Below, piece after piece: positions 1-13,105 of a stretch of DNA of 64,000 bases (the stretch's first letter is position 1; every line of letters begins with the position of its first letter). The notes beneath the pieces were generated by a model that did not search any database, was not told the DNA's origin, and saw only the letters and a program-made list of their open reading frames with translations. Source of the stretch: the human T2T-CHM13v2.0 reference genome, Homo sapiens; NCBI RefSeq assembly GCF_009914755.1, contig NC_060926.1; one strand, written 5' to 3'. A program made the position numbers and the translations under genes.

Positions 1-83
1 AAGAACCAATTTCCAGAGAAGTATAAACCATCAAATTGAGTAAAGAGGAAGCAGAAAGTAAGAATAAAGAAGTAACCACTTGC

Positions 84-522
84 GACTGGGTGTAGTTGCT
101 CATGTCTGTAATCCCAGCACTTCAGGACACCAAGGCGGGAGGATCACCTGAGGTCAGGAGTTCGAGACCAGCCTGGCCAATATAGTGAAACCCCCGTCTC
201 TTCTAAAAATACAAAAATTAGCCAGGCGTGGTGGCTCACACTTGTAATCCCAGCACTTTGGGAGGACAAGGCAGGTGATCACCTGAGGCCGGGAGTTCGA
301 GATCAGCCTGGCCAACATGGTGAAACCCCATCTCTACTAAAAATACAGAAATTAGCTGGGTGTGGTGGTTCATACCTGTAATCCCAGCTACTCAGGAGGC
401 TGAGACAGGAGAATCACTTGAAACTGGGAGGCAGAGGTTGCAGTGAGCCAAGATCATGCCACTTCACTCTAGCCTGGGCGACAGAGCTAGATTCAATCTC
501 AAAAATAAAAATAAAAAAAAAA
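84..522 (+). mobile_element. AluS-type element with duplicated left arm (left-left-right trimer)
   Basis: Two successive left monomers, each ending in an AAAATACA(A/G)AAATTAGC linker, then a right monomer and A-tail. Confidence 0.9.
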
Positions 523-553
523 GAAGAAGTAATTAAGTAATTATTTGCCTATT

Positions 554-1003
554 TGCTATGGGTTGAATTGTGTTCCCTCAAAAAGATATATTGAAATATG
601 AATCCCCAGTACCGCAGAATGTAACCTTATTTGGAAATGAAGTCTTTTAGAGGTAATAGGTTATTAATGTGAGCCCTAATTATATGACTGGTGTCCTTAT
701 AAAAAGGGGAAACAGAGGGCAGACACACACAGAGCAAAGACTGTGTGAAGACACACAGGGAGTAGACAGCCGTGCAGCTGGAGTGATGCGGCTACAGGCC
801 AAGGAGCCTGAAGGATGCTGGCAGACACAGAAGCTAGAAGAGTAAGGCAGGATTCTCTCTTAGAGACTTCAGAGAACACATGGACCTGCCCACACCTTGA
901 TTTCAGACTTGCGGTCTCTAGAACTGTAAGATACGAACCATCTGTTGTGTTGAGCTGCCTAATTTGTGGTGCTTTGTCACAGCATCCCTAGGAAATTAAT
1001 ACT
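554..1003 (+). mobile_element. MaLR solo LTR, MLT1B/C-like
   Basis: Starts TGCTATGGGTTGAATTGTGTTCCC; contains AATGTAACCTTATTTGGAAAT and CCTTGATTTCAGACTT; ends GGAAATTAATAC. Confidence 0.85.
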
Positions 1004-1180
1004 CTGTTGAACAAAAATCAAACCAGTAACCCAAATATTTTCCTTCATCCATATCAAATGAAACAAGGCCCAGGTTGTTTTGGAGGAAGTTTTCCAAGAC
1101 CTTTAATAAACAGATAATTCCTGTGAGAAACTACCCAACTCATTTTGTCTTTAATGACTTTCACGTAAAAACTGACCACA

Positions 1181-2275
<1,095 letters not shown>

Positions 2276-2359
2276 AAAACAATACAAGGCCCATGTTGAA
2301 CTTCCTTGTTGAGAATTGCAACTTTTTCTCATCCCACCCTCTACACCCCAAACCATACT

Positions 2360-2555
2360 AATCAGCTCTGTATTTTCTTATGGCAATTTACAACATCTAA
2401 CATGCTATATAATGTGCTTATTAGGTTAATTGTAAAAATTGTCTTAAATTCCCTCACTAGAATGTAAGTTCCTCCAGGACAGGGATCTTCGTTTTGATTA
2501 TTGCTGTATCCTAAGTACCTACAACAATGCTCAATAAGTATCTGTTGTTGAAGGA
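2360..2555 (+). mobile_element. L2 3' end
   Basis: CCCTCACTAGAATGTAAGTTCC...TGCTCAATAAGTATCTGTTG. Confidence 0.75.
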
Positions 2556-2890
2556 GTTGTCGATTTATACAAAAGGAGATATGATTTAGCAATGAAAACA
2601 AATGAACTAGAGATGATACATAGATGTCGAGCTTAAAGAAAAGAAAATGTGGTGTATAAAAAACTGCATGTGAAATAGTGCTCCTGGTACAATACTTTTT
2701 GTATAAAGTTCAAAAGCACATAAAACAAAACTTAATATTGTTTATAGATTTTAAAAAAATATGTGTGGTAAAAATATAAAGATACAAAGGAAGGATATTC
2801 AATGTCAGGACAGAATTGTCTCTAAGGAGGAAGAGAGAGGAATGGAACCAGTAAGGGTGATGAAGGGGCTTCAACTGTATCTGCCATGTT

Positions 2891-3273
2891 TTATTTATTT
2901 TTATTTTATATATTTTTTATTTCAATAGTTTTTAGGATAAAAGTGGTTTTTGGTTACCCGGATAAATTTTAGAGTGGGGAAGCCTGAGATTTTAGTGCAC
3001 CCATTATCCCAGTAGAACACATTGTACCTAATACGTAGTTTTTAAATCCCTCACTCACCTCTCATCCTTCCTCTTCTGAGTCTCCAGTGTCCATTATACC
3101 ATGCTGTATGCCTTTGCAAATTCATAGCTTAGCTCCCACTTAGAAGTGAGAACACATGATTTTTGGTTTTCTCTTCCTGAGTTACTTCCCTTAGAATAAT
3201 GGCCTCCAGCTCCATCCAAGTTGCTGCTAAAGACATTATTTCATTCTTTTTTATGGCTGAGTAGTATTCCATG

Positions 3274-3314
<41 letters not shown>

Positions 3315-3790
3315 AATGTATGCACATGTACATAAAATTATGTTATATATGCATATATTACATACATAAAACTTAATATATACATATATAACTTAACTTA
3401 TATATGTTGTTTTATGTGCTTTTGTTATATATTATATATATTTGTTTTAGGTGCTTTTTGTTATATATATACACACATACACGTATATTAAGTTTTGTTT
3501 TATGTGCTTTTGAACTTTATACAAAAGGCATTGTACCAGGAGCACTATATCACATGCAGTTTTTTATACACAACATTATTATTTTCTTCATCCATTCATG
3601 GGTTGATGGTACTTATGTTGCTCTTGGTTCTGTATATTTGCAATTGTAAGTTGTGCTGTGATGAACATATGTGTGCAGGTGTCTTTTTGATATAATGACT
3701 TCTTTTCCTTTGGGTAGGTACCCAGCCATGGATTTTGCTGGATCCAATGGTAGATCTACTTTTAGTTCTTTAAGAAATCTCCATACTGTG
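2891..3790 (-). mobile_element. L1PB-like 3' end, interrupted by (TG)n/AT-rich expansion and a templated insertion
   Basis: TTTCAATAGTTTTT..., CATAGCTTAGCTCCCACTT, GGCTGAGTAGTATTCCATG, TCTACTTTTAGTTCTTTAAGAAATCTCCATACTG. Confidence 0.85.
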
Positions 3791-4366
3791 CCACATTTTA
3801 TTTTTAAAAGGATAATCTGGGTTGTGGTTACTTTGGTGTTCATTATATTATTCTTGGAACTTTTCTCAGTGTTTAAAATACTTCATGCTCTGTTATTAAA
3901 AGGAGCATCTCAGAAACTCTACTTTCAAGCAAGATATATCCTACAATCTTAATAATTTTTTGATATCTCACATCACCATCACAGCTTCTTTAAAACTAAA
4001 ATTATTTAAGAAATGTATACATGTAATTGAATATACCCAGCTTTTTTTAAGTGAATACTCAACTCTTTATAACATTTGTCAAGATAACACTTCGTTAAAT
4101 GTTTAGTAGTATTCTTTATGACAGAGTGGTTTTGCTTTTGCCTTCATTAAAATTTTCTTTCTGGGTCAAGGTGTCTTATTAACTAGGAGAAATTCATCTC
4201 TATTGAATCTTTCCTTCAAAACAAAAATGCTTAAGTGATTCCTTAGGAGGTCTGGTGTTTTGTTTTGTTTTTTTAAAGTTGATTTTTCTTCTTTCTTTAA
4301 ATCTGGTCAACCTGGGAACAAAATCGTTAACTATTTATGCAGAATTTAGAATGTATTTTTAGTCCC

Positions 4367-4609
4367 TTTTTTTTTTTTTTTGAGCCGGAGTCTCGCTGTC
4401 GCCCAGGCTGGAGTGCAGTGGCGCGATCTCGGCTCACTGCAGGCTCCGCCCCGCGGGATTCACGCCATTCTCCTGCCTCAGCTTCCTGAGTAGCTGGGAC
4501 TACAGGCGCCCACCGGGCGCGGTGGCTCACGCCTGTAATCCCAGCACTTTGGGAGGCCGAGGTGGGCAGATCACGAAGTCAGGAGATCGAGACCATCCTG
4601 GCTAACACA
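4367..4609 (-). mobile_element. AluY (AluYe-like) with inverted 5' arm
   Basis: Poly-T and antisense right arm 4367-4514 joined to sense left arm 4513-4609; TSD GTATTTTTAGTCC at 4353-4365 and 4610-4622. Confidence 0.92.
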
Positions 4610-4846
4610 GTATTTTTAGTCCTTTGCTGATGAATAGAACTGCAAAAAATATGAATCCGTGTTTCTCATGACATTTTCTTTCCTTCCCTTGTTGACTTAG
4701 TCAACAATCTTTGAGGTCTAACCGGCTAGCGGTGTAAAACTGCTGTTCTACCAGCTTAACGGTGGACTGTTTTTATTATTCCTTCTCATGACTTTCACAT
4801 CATTATGTCTCCATGATATATAATATCCAGTAGATCTAAATATATA

Positions 4847-5052
4847 AAGAAAGAAAGGAAAGAGGGAAGGAAGAAAGGAAGGAGGAAGGAAGGCAGGAAA
4901 GGAAGGGAGGAAGGGAGGAAGGGAGGGAAGGAGGAAGGGAGGGAGGGAGGGAGGGAGGGAAGGAGGAAGGGAGGGAGGGAGGGAGGGAGGAAGGAACGAA
5001 GGAGGGAAAGGAAGGTGGGAAAGGAAAAGGAAGTGAAGGGAAAGAAAGAATG
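4847..5052. repeat. Polypurine (GGAA/GGGA)n low-complexity tract
   Basis: About 200 bp of almost pure A/G. Confidence 0.95.
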
Positions 5053-6521
5053 AGAGACCTGAAATTATCCCTGATTTTAACCTCTGGACTTTCCTCATCA
5101 GTATTCAGAGTGCGAACTGTCATTGGTATTAGTCAGTTTTCCGAGATTACTTCTTTCTAGTTATCTTCTTTGGCCTCCAGATTTGCCAACCTCAAATTTC
5201 TTTCTCTGGTGCTGGCTTCTCTTTCCACCAGTGAACGATCATCTCAGGTTCTCATGGAATCCCGCCAGATTCCTCTGCTTTGTCTATACCTTTCTCATGC
5301 TTCTTTCTTCTTTAGCAAAAGGTAATAAATAGCCAAGACCATCATCATAGGCTGCATTGATCTCCTCACATCATTTCCTCTTCCTCGCTCATAAGGCAGA
5401 GTCTTCTGTAATAATACCCTATTACTTGTGTTTCTCCACCATATCCTCTTTAGTTCAAACGTCTCCTGAAGCCCCCTGATTGAATTCTTCAGTTCCCTGG
5501 TCCCTTTAAGAACAGGACCTCCCGTTTCAAGTCAACATCAAGTCCCTTTTGTATTCCACCTTCTGAACCCAGTATTCTGCTCAGCCCTCACTGATCTCTC
5601 AGATCATAGACTCAATGGAACGGGACCTCTAGCGTGAGGTCTACAAATGGATAGGGACATTATCTGAGTCTCCCTTCTGGTAGAAGTCAGTTTTCTGTTA
5701 TACAGTCAAAACATAAAGGTCGGAAATCTTGCATTGGTATTTATGGATTTTGAATGTGTGTGTTACCAAAGACACTAATTTGTAACCCGAAACGATGTTC
5801 ACAAATGTCTGACGCCTCATATACTTGTAATCTAAACAGGTAATAAGGAAGTATTAAACAGCACATAAGTATGAGGCAAAGGAGACTATTTCTGTGTATC
5901 AGCCTTATGACCTGAGTCTGATTCCCATTGGTTCTTCTTAAATTCTCCTTCAGGCATCCTGTGCTACATAAAACACTCCATCTGAACAGTCATGCTAGCT
6001 GGCCAAGGCAGTGGGTGAGAAACGCCAGCTGCATGCCTCATGTGATCTGTTATGTTATATGGTAAGTTACTTGGAAAGAGCAAGCATTCCATTATGCCAA
6101 CAAGGGAATAAAGCTGACCTGTCCTGAGTGACTTCAGTGTAGACTCCACTGGACAATTCACGAAGATGATGTAACCAAAAGCAGCTCATTAATCTCATCC
6201 TAAGTCTTAAATTCCAAGTCACAGTAAATTAGATTTAAATGAGTTTCCACTGAACAAAGCTAGAGAATAACATTTTACGGTGTATAGAACATTTTATTAC
6301 TTCAGAATTTGTTGCATTGAGCTAACAGAAAACTGACTTTTTAAAAAAATAATTACATGAGCTCTTGATTGCTCTTACATGGACCACAGCTGAGTTTCAA
6401 ACTTAGTAAAAAGAATTTGAATCCCCTTTAATGCACAGGTACAGACTACTAGTTAGGAAAGTTATTTGTATATAGTACTGTATTTTAGCAGATTGAAAGT
6501 CCATCCCTTAAAACTTCAGAC

Positions 6522-6734
6522 CAGTGCTGTTTAGTAGAACTTTCTGCATTGATGGAAATGTTCTAATATTTATGTTGTCTGATAAAGTAGCCACTAGACA
6601 CATGTAGTTATTACCACTTAAAATGTAGCTAGTGTGACTGTGGTATTGTCTTTTATATCATTTAATATTAATTTAAGATCGTTTTAATTTCAATAGCCAC
6701 ACTGGCTAGTGGCTACCATATTGGACAGAGCAAC
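6522..6734. mobile_element. MER3 (hAT-Charlie MITE)
   Basis: CAGTGCTGT..TAGAACTTTCTGCATTGATGGAAATGTTCTA ... GGCTAGTGGCTACCATATTGGACAG. Confidence 0.85.
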
Positions 6735-6879
6735 GCAGGACCACATATTGCAATGCTAACTGAAATAAATGAGGTTTCAGTCATTGTTTCATTATTAATA
6801 GTGGTAATATAGTAATATAACTGAGAATGTGAATATCACAGTAGCATTTACAGACAATTTCACTATAACCATTGGCTTC

Positions 6880-7010
6880 TCTAAGCAACACTCTGAGGTC
6901 AATAGGATAAGTATTATTATCATCTCCATTACACTTGAGGAAATGGATGCTCTAAGACATACTGGTGATTTAAATGACCTGTGACTCAAACTACTTGTTC
7001 TTTCTAATGC
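6880..7010 (-). mobile_element. MIR fragment
   Basis: TATTATTATCATCTCCATT...TGAGGAAA core. Confidence 0.55.
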
Positions 7011-8363
7011 AAGAGAAACCTGTGAAAGAATGTTGTGACGTTCATGCAGCTTACCAGTAGGCTGACCTGAAATAGACGTTCAGAAATTTGGGCAGGGAGA
7101 GAGAAGCAGGGAGAAGGAGGAGAGAGAATATAAAACTACAAGCCGACACTGGACATTTTTGCAAATAAAAAAGCTAGGTCAACTTTTGCAGAAGCATGTT
7201 CTAATGCTGTCAAAGCTAACTTCATGAGCTTCCAACATGGGTGGGGCCCAACATAAGATCCACACACTATTGCTTTTATCAGTGCTCTGCAAGCCATAGA
7301 GTTTTTCCTTGTTTATTCTTTCTGCTTCTCCTTTCTCTCACTCTCTCTGCTTTCCATTGTCTCTACCCCTCCTTTTCTCTGTGTCATATGATCTCAAGTC
7401 ACTTTCCTACATTAAAATGTTATATAATTCTTACATAACAATCTAATAAACTATTGGTAACAGTAAGAGGTTTTCCTTGTCTTAGGAAAATGTGCTGAAC
7501 TAAGAAAAAAAATCATCTTCTTTAAAAAATTAGCATAATGAAATATATTAAATTGAATATGTGCGGTGGATGATAGCTTAGAAAAAAATGAGTTGCACAT
7601 CCTGGTGTGTAGTCAGTTTGCAGACTGATTAATGAAGACCCTATAAGCCTGTTTGTGTGATAAGCCTGTGCAGTGGGCACTCTGCTAGAGAGACAGGACC
7701 CATGTCACCGAGAAAGACCCCAGTACTGCTGAATAGCTTATATTTTATACATTTACATTGGAAAGGCAAACGTTTAAATTGGCCCGTCTAAAACCTAACC
7801 CTGTGGTTTCGTGGATACTAGATAATTGAAAACAGAACTTCAGTGCACTAAGTCCACCTCTTCTGGGCTCTTGGCCATAACATGCTCCAATCGGAAAACA
7901 CTTGTTTTAAAAGAAGTTTCTTACACAAAAGCGGGATAAAAAGAGAGACGGAGAGGAAGGAAAATTGTCTTCAGTATATTATAGCAAACATACTTGTCAC
8001 TTGATAAAATACCATTTGCTCAGGTTGCTCTTCTGTGAATAACATTACAACTATCCAAATAATAGTCAAGGCTCCTAAACCATCCAGCCAGCTTTTGCAA
8101 ACAGCAGAGGAAGAAAGCCACCTGAGCTTGCAGAACTGGTGCCACTAAGTGCCAATCCCCACAAGTGAACACAAGTTCATGAACTTAGGGATCCTGGTTG
8201 AAGAAAGTTGCTGCTGCAGTCAAACAATAACATCAGCAAGGATTGATTTTAACTCAGATGAGTAGTATGCACTATCAACAATATAAAGGTTGTTAAATGT
8301 TAAAAAAAAAAAAAGTAGTCAGAAAGTAGTAGGCAGAAAGATTTTAAAAAGAATATCTACTAA

Positions 8364-8974
8364 TGTAGGAGTGGAAAGGTGTACCACCTTCTTCACCCTT
8401 CATAAGGGTAGTGGTCAATATCCTATAACATAAAACAGGTTAACAAGAGAAAATCATAACAAATTTATTTAATTAAAAATTTTTATGTAATATGGGAGCT
8501 TTGGGAAGAAGATCTAAAGATACAGAGAAAACTATTCATGTTTATGCTTAGGTTTGATGGACAGTCCTGTAGAAATGTGATTGGACAGAGGATATGGTCT
8601 AACCCAGCAGGGCCTGCCCGTTCAGCTTCTTCTTGGCCTCTCTGTGTAGCATTTCTTCCTCCTGGGTCTGACAGGACCCCTCTGGAATGAGGGTCTTTAA
8701 GGGGGAAGGGAGAAGGAAGAGAGTGACCTTGCTAGGTTTTATGACTTGCTTTGGGGAAGATTTCTAGTTTCTATGATGTGCCTTAGGGGAAAGGAATTCC
8801 AGCTTCTGTGACTTGCTTTGAGGAGAATTTGGGCAAGAAACAGGAGGGTGGGTGAGGGACAGAAAGGCCTTGTGGCTAAGGCCTTTCCAATCTCCTTCAG
8901 TTCAATCTTCTTCCGTTCAGTATTCAACATGTCAAGGCACCGTGCTTTGGGGTATTATGTCCTGAGCCCCAACG
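8364..8974 (-). mobile_element. ERV1 solo LTR, MER34-family
   Basis: Minus strand begins GTTGGGGCTCAGGA..ATACCCCAAAG; contains AAGACCCTCATTCCAGAGGGGTCCTG and TGCTACACAGAGAGGCCAAGAAGAA. Confidence 0.8.
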
Positions 8975-9444
8975 TAAGATGTTTACACTTTTGATTGTAA
9001 ATGCCAGCAAAACAAAACTTCATGAAATATGTAAATATCATGTGTGCTATTTCAGAGATGGAGACAGAAATCAACTTAAAAATTGTCAGATATATTGCAA
9101 TATAGAATTACTTCTCTTTTCTGTTATTTATTTTAAAGAAATATTTTTGTATGTTATTTTACTGATTTTATTTCCATAAAAACATGGAAACTTCAATGTT
9201 TTCATATTTTGCAGAGTTTCATTTGGGTATTTTTAATGGCATGTGAGAGAGAGAGAGAAAGAAAGAGAGAGAGAGAGAAAATTAACACACTGCATTGGAA
9301 TTCTTTTTATATTCTTCCCCAAACTCTTTTCCTCTCTCCTTCACCAGGTGTAATTATAACGAAATGGGTATTCTTCATTTGACATTTTAAGTTTTTAAAC
9401 TAAATATATACATAGCCATAACACAGATAGTAGTATCATGGTAT

Positions 9445-9760
9445 TTTATGTTATTTTTTTAGAGACAAGATCTCTCTGTCTGTCACCCAGGCTGAAGTGC
9501 AGTGGTGCAGTCATAGCTCATTGCAGACTTGAAATCCTGGGCTCAATGGATCCTCCTGCCTCACTCACCCTCTCTGGTAGCTGAGACTAAAACCTCACAA
9601 CACCACACCAGACTAATCATTTTTATTTTTCGTAGAGACAGGGTCTTGCCCTGTTGCCCAGTCTGGTCTTGAACTCATGGCTTCAAGTGATCCTCCCACC
9701 TAGGCCTCCCAAAGCTCAGATTACAGGTGTGAGCCACTGGCTATAAAACACCACACAGCC
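9445..9760 (-). mobile_element. AluJ inserted in old L1M
   Basis: Diverged antisense Alu with J-type features (CATAGCTCATTGCAG, CCTGGGCTCAA, GATCCTCC). Confidence 0.85.
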
Positions 9761-10120
9761 TACTGGGGTATTCTAAACTTGACGTCATATTGTATTTATC
9801 CTTCTGCAACTTGATTTTTGTTGCTCTGTTTTTATATTTGGTGAATGTATTCACCTTGATAATGTAACTCTAGTTCATCCCTTTTAATTACTGGTATAAG
9901 TGAGCCATAATTTCTTGAATCATTCTCCTGTTGATGGACATTCAGGCTATTTGAATTTTTATTTTTGTTACTGCTAAGAGTGCCACAGTGAACATCCCTA
10001 CATATATTCTTGCATACATTGAAAGGGTGTCTCTCCTAGTGCCTCAAATTGCTGGATTCTAGGGTGTGAACATCTTTAGCTTTACCAGATCTAGATACTG
10101 CTAAATGCCATCCAAAGTGT
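9761..10120 (-). mobile_element. Old L1ME-like 3' fragment
   Basis: CATTCTCCTGTTGATGGACATT..., GTGAACATC, AATTGCTGGAT. Confidence 0.6.
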
Positions 10121-10149
10121 TTATCTGGAATTCTTCATACCTGTCCCTT

Positions 10150-10955
10150 TACAGACCACTCAACACAGTGGCCGTAGTGACCCTCTTACAACATGTCACA
10201 TCATGTTACCCTTTGCTTGAAACCTTGAAATGCCTCCCCACCCTATTTCACTCAAAACAGCTACAGGGCCCTAACTGACCTCACCCTAGCGCTGCCCTTG
10301 TTACCTCTTATGTCCCCTCTCTTTCTGCTCCTCAAATACTCCAAGCATTCTCTCTGCTTAGGGTCTTTCTTCCAGCAGTTTGCTCTGCCTCACATGCTGT
10401 TCTCTCAGACCCCACTTGGCAAAATCTTTCGCCTTCCTTGAGTTTCTGTTTAAATCTCACTTTAACAATGAGCCTTGCCATGACTACCCTCCCCGCATGC
10501 TCAATTGATGTTTTCTTGCTTGAATGTGTTTCTTTCGCAGTACCAGTACCTTATAATGCATTATATAGTTTGTTAGATTTATTGCCTAGTGTCTCACCCA
10601 TCTAGACTGTCAGATCCATGAGGGCAGAGATCTTTGCCTGGTGTGCTCATCGATGTATCTGGATACCTACAATGGAATCTGATGCATGGTAAGCATTCGA
10701 CCAGTGTCTGAGAGAGGTGACTTTTGTACCTTTGTGATTTCACATTATGCTTTGCAGGGTATTATCCAAAAGAACATATGATATTTTGATTGGTAATACA
10801 TGAGGACTATGATTTGAAAAAAGACTAAAATTCAGCCCCCTAAGGGTAGGGCCTGGATATGTGTTCACCACTCTATTCTTTGTGCCAAGAACAGTGCCTG
10901 GCACATAGCAGATGTTCAATAAATGTCAAATGAATGAATGGATGAATGAATGAAC
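10150..10955 (+). mobile_element. L2 fragments (10150-10720 and 3' end 10835-10955)
   Basis: CTAGACTGT..GATCCATGAGGGCAGAGAT; ACAGTGCCTGGCACATAG..TCAATAAATG..(TGAA)n. Confidence 0.75.
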
Positions 10956-13105
10956 AGAGATTTTTTGAGAAGGTTACTTGATAGTTTGGAAGTGAATTAT
11001 ACTGGAAGATGAGTTGGTTCAAAGGTTTGTGATTCAGGCATGCCCATCAGACAAAGCAAGCAGGTGGTAACTCCCTATTTTAAGTTTACCTGTTGGGCCA
11101 TAAATTTCCCTGTTTGAAATCTTTTACTCTTTACAGTTTCCCTATTGTTGGGGAGTAAAATGATGGAAATTTGTTCAATTGAACATACCCTTTTAGAATG
11201 TTTCTCATATTTGCCTCATGATTAGAATCTCTCAGGTGAGTCTGTTAAAAATACAGATTCATGGACCTAATTCTTAAATCAGAAACTCTGGGAGAAAATT
11301 CTGAGAACAAACCCAAGAAACTGTTATGAAACTGTTATAGTCAAGTGAGTTAGGAAAACAATAGGATCCTTGACAGAACAAAGAACAACAGCGTGCCTGA
11401 AATGTCAACAGGAGGAAAGAGCGCCTGTTATAAACTGTGTTTTAAATAATGTCAGAATAGCTGCTAAACGGCAGAACCACATTCTGCATTTGAACTGAGT
11501 CTTTCCTCTTGCCTACCTAACATGGTCATCAGGGTCTTAGGGAATTTGGGGGTGACTCACAACCTTGTGTTTATGAATTAGTCATTGAAAACACAACCAG
11601 AAGAAGGCAGGCCGTCCTCAGCTATTCCTGAGATCCTGATAGTTTCCATCTCATGAGTTGAAGAAGCAGACAGTGGGAAGTAACGTTCTGGGCTAATCAG
11701 CAAAAGAGAAAAGAAATATTATGAAACACAAGGAGAAAGAAAAAATTATTTTATTATTCCAGGTTCATTTTATCTTTCTCCTAATGTAGAAGTCTTTCTT
11801 TATATGGGAGTCACTTGGTAAAAGTAATTCATCTATTTAATGTATTCTTCCAGATAGTGACATGTGTATCTATAATATAATAGATAGTGACATGTGTATC
11901 TACAGCCTTTAAAATGTAATGTTTATTCAAGAGGAAGGGGAATTTATCGAACTCTTCAGTATGTTTCTATTCCATTGAAGTTGCTGGTAAATCTGGTTAG
12001 TGGCTGTACTTTTGGTACTTCAGATTTCAAACATTTGTATTTCAACTCATCATTCCGGAGTATTTCCAATAGAAGACATTTAATTAAAACTTATGGTAAA
12101 GTACAGAAAGGGAATTTGGTGAGAAAGAGACCTATAATTTGATCAAATGAAAACTCTCTCCATTTTTAAATTTGGCATACATTTTAGACACTCACGTGTT
12201 TTGTTTCTCATTTTGGCAACTGAGTTGAATTTGGCTGCTGGGGTGAGAGGGAAAGGGGTAGATTAGAGACCCTGTGGGATGTCACAAGTCTTTGCCAAAA
12301 TCAGCACATATTTATTAAGCGGTGGGCATGAAGCTCCCCATCTGTTAGTTTTCTCAAAGTGCTGACAAGAACATTCCGATTTCCAGCTTGAATGCTTTTT
12401 TAAAAAAATTTCTTTTCTCAAAAAAAAAAAAAAAAATTTCTTTTCTCCATTTACTCTGACCAAAGGGCTGTGTTAGTGTTCAAAGATAAATGGAAAATGA
12501 TGCTTGAATTTTCTAATTTGTCATTGTAAGTAATGGAACCACCCAACACCTCACACTTATGGATATTTTTGCCAGCTTGCAAAATATAGGTGAGAGCCAC
12601 CCAATTCTACCTCCTTTTAGAATTGGGTGGCTCTCATCCAATGAGGAGCTAACATAATTAGCCTTTTATTGCTCCTCATCTCCCTGTTATGGGAGAAGAT
12701 CAGACTCTGCTATAAACAGACAGATACCCCTAAGGTCTCCAGCAAAGGAAGTCGAAAGGGGAGACCTTTAGATCTGTTGCTTGCTTCCTTTCACATGGAA
12801 AATGTACAACTTTACTTTCAGAAATTAAATATTTGGGTACAATAGGGCAGGCCAGGGCATGATTTCATTTTGATTCATTTTAGGGCTACATCAGTTAACT
12901 CCCTTTATGTTATCTCACTAGTTCTGCTTCTCTCCTCTACCCATACCCATTTTCATCCTAGCAGCTTGCTGGTGCAAGCTCATTGGTCTCAGAAAGTCTC
13001 CCTCAACCTCTCAGATAGTGCCTGTGGAATCCTATAATTCTCCTTCATAAAGTTTTGCACAGTTCTAATTGTTTAGTAATTTTTTGTAATAACTTTTTAA
13101 ATATC

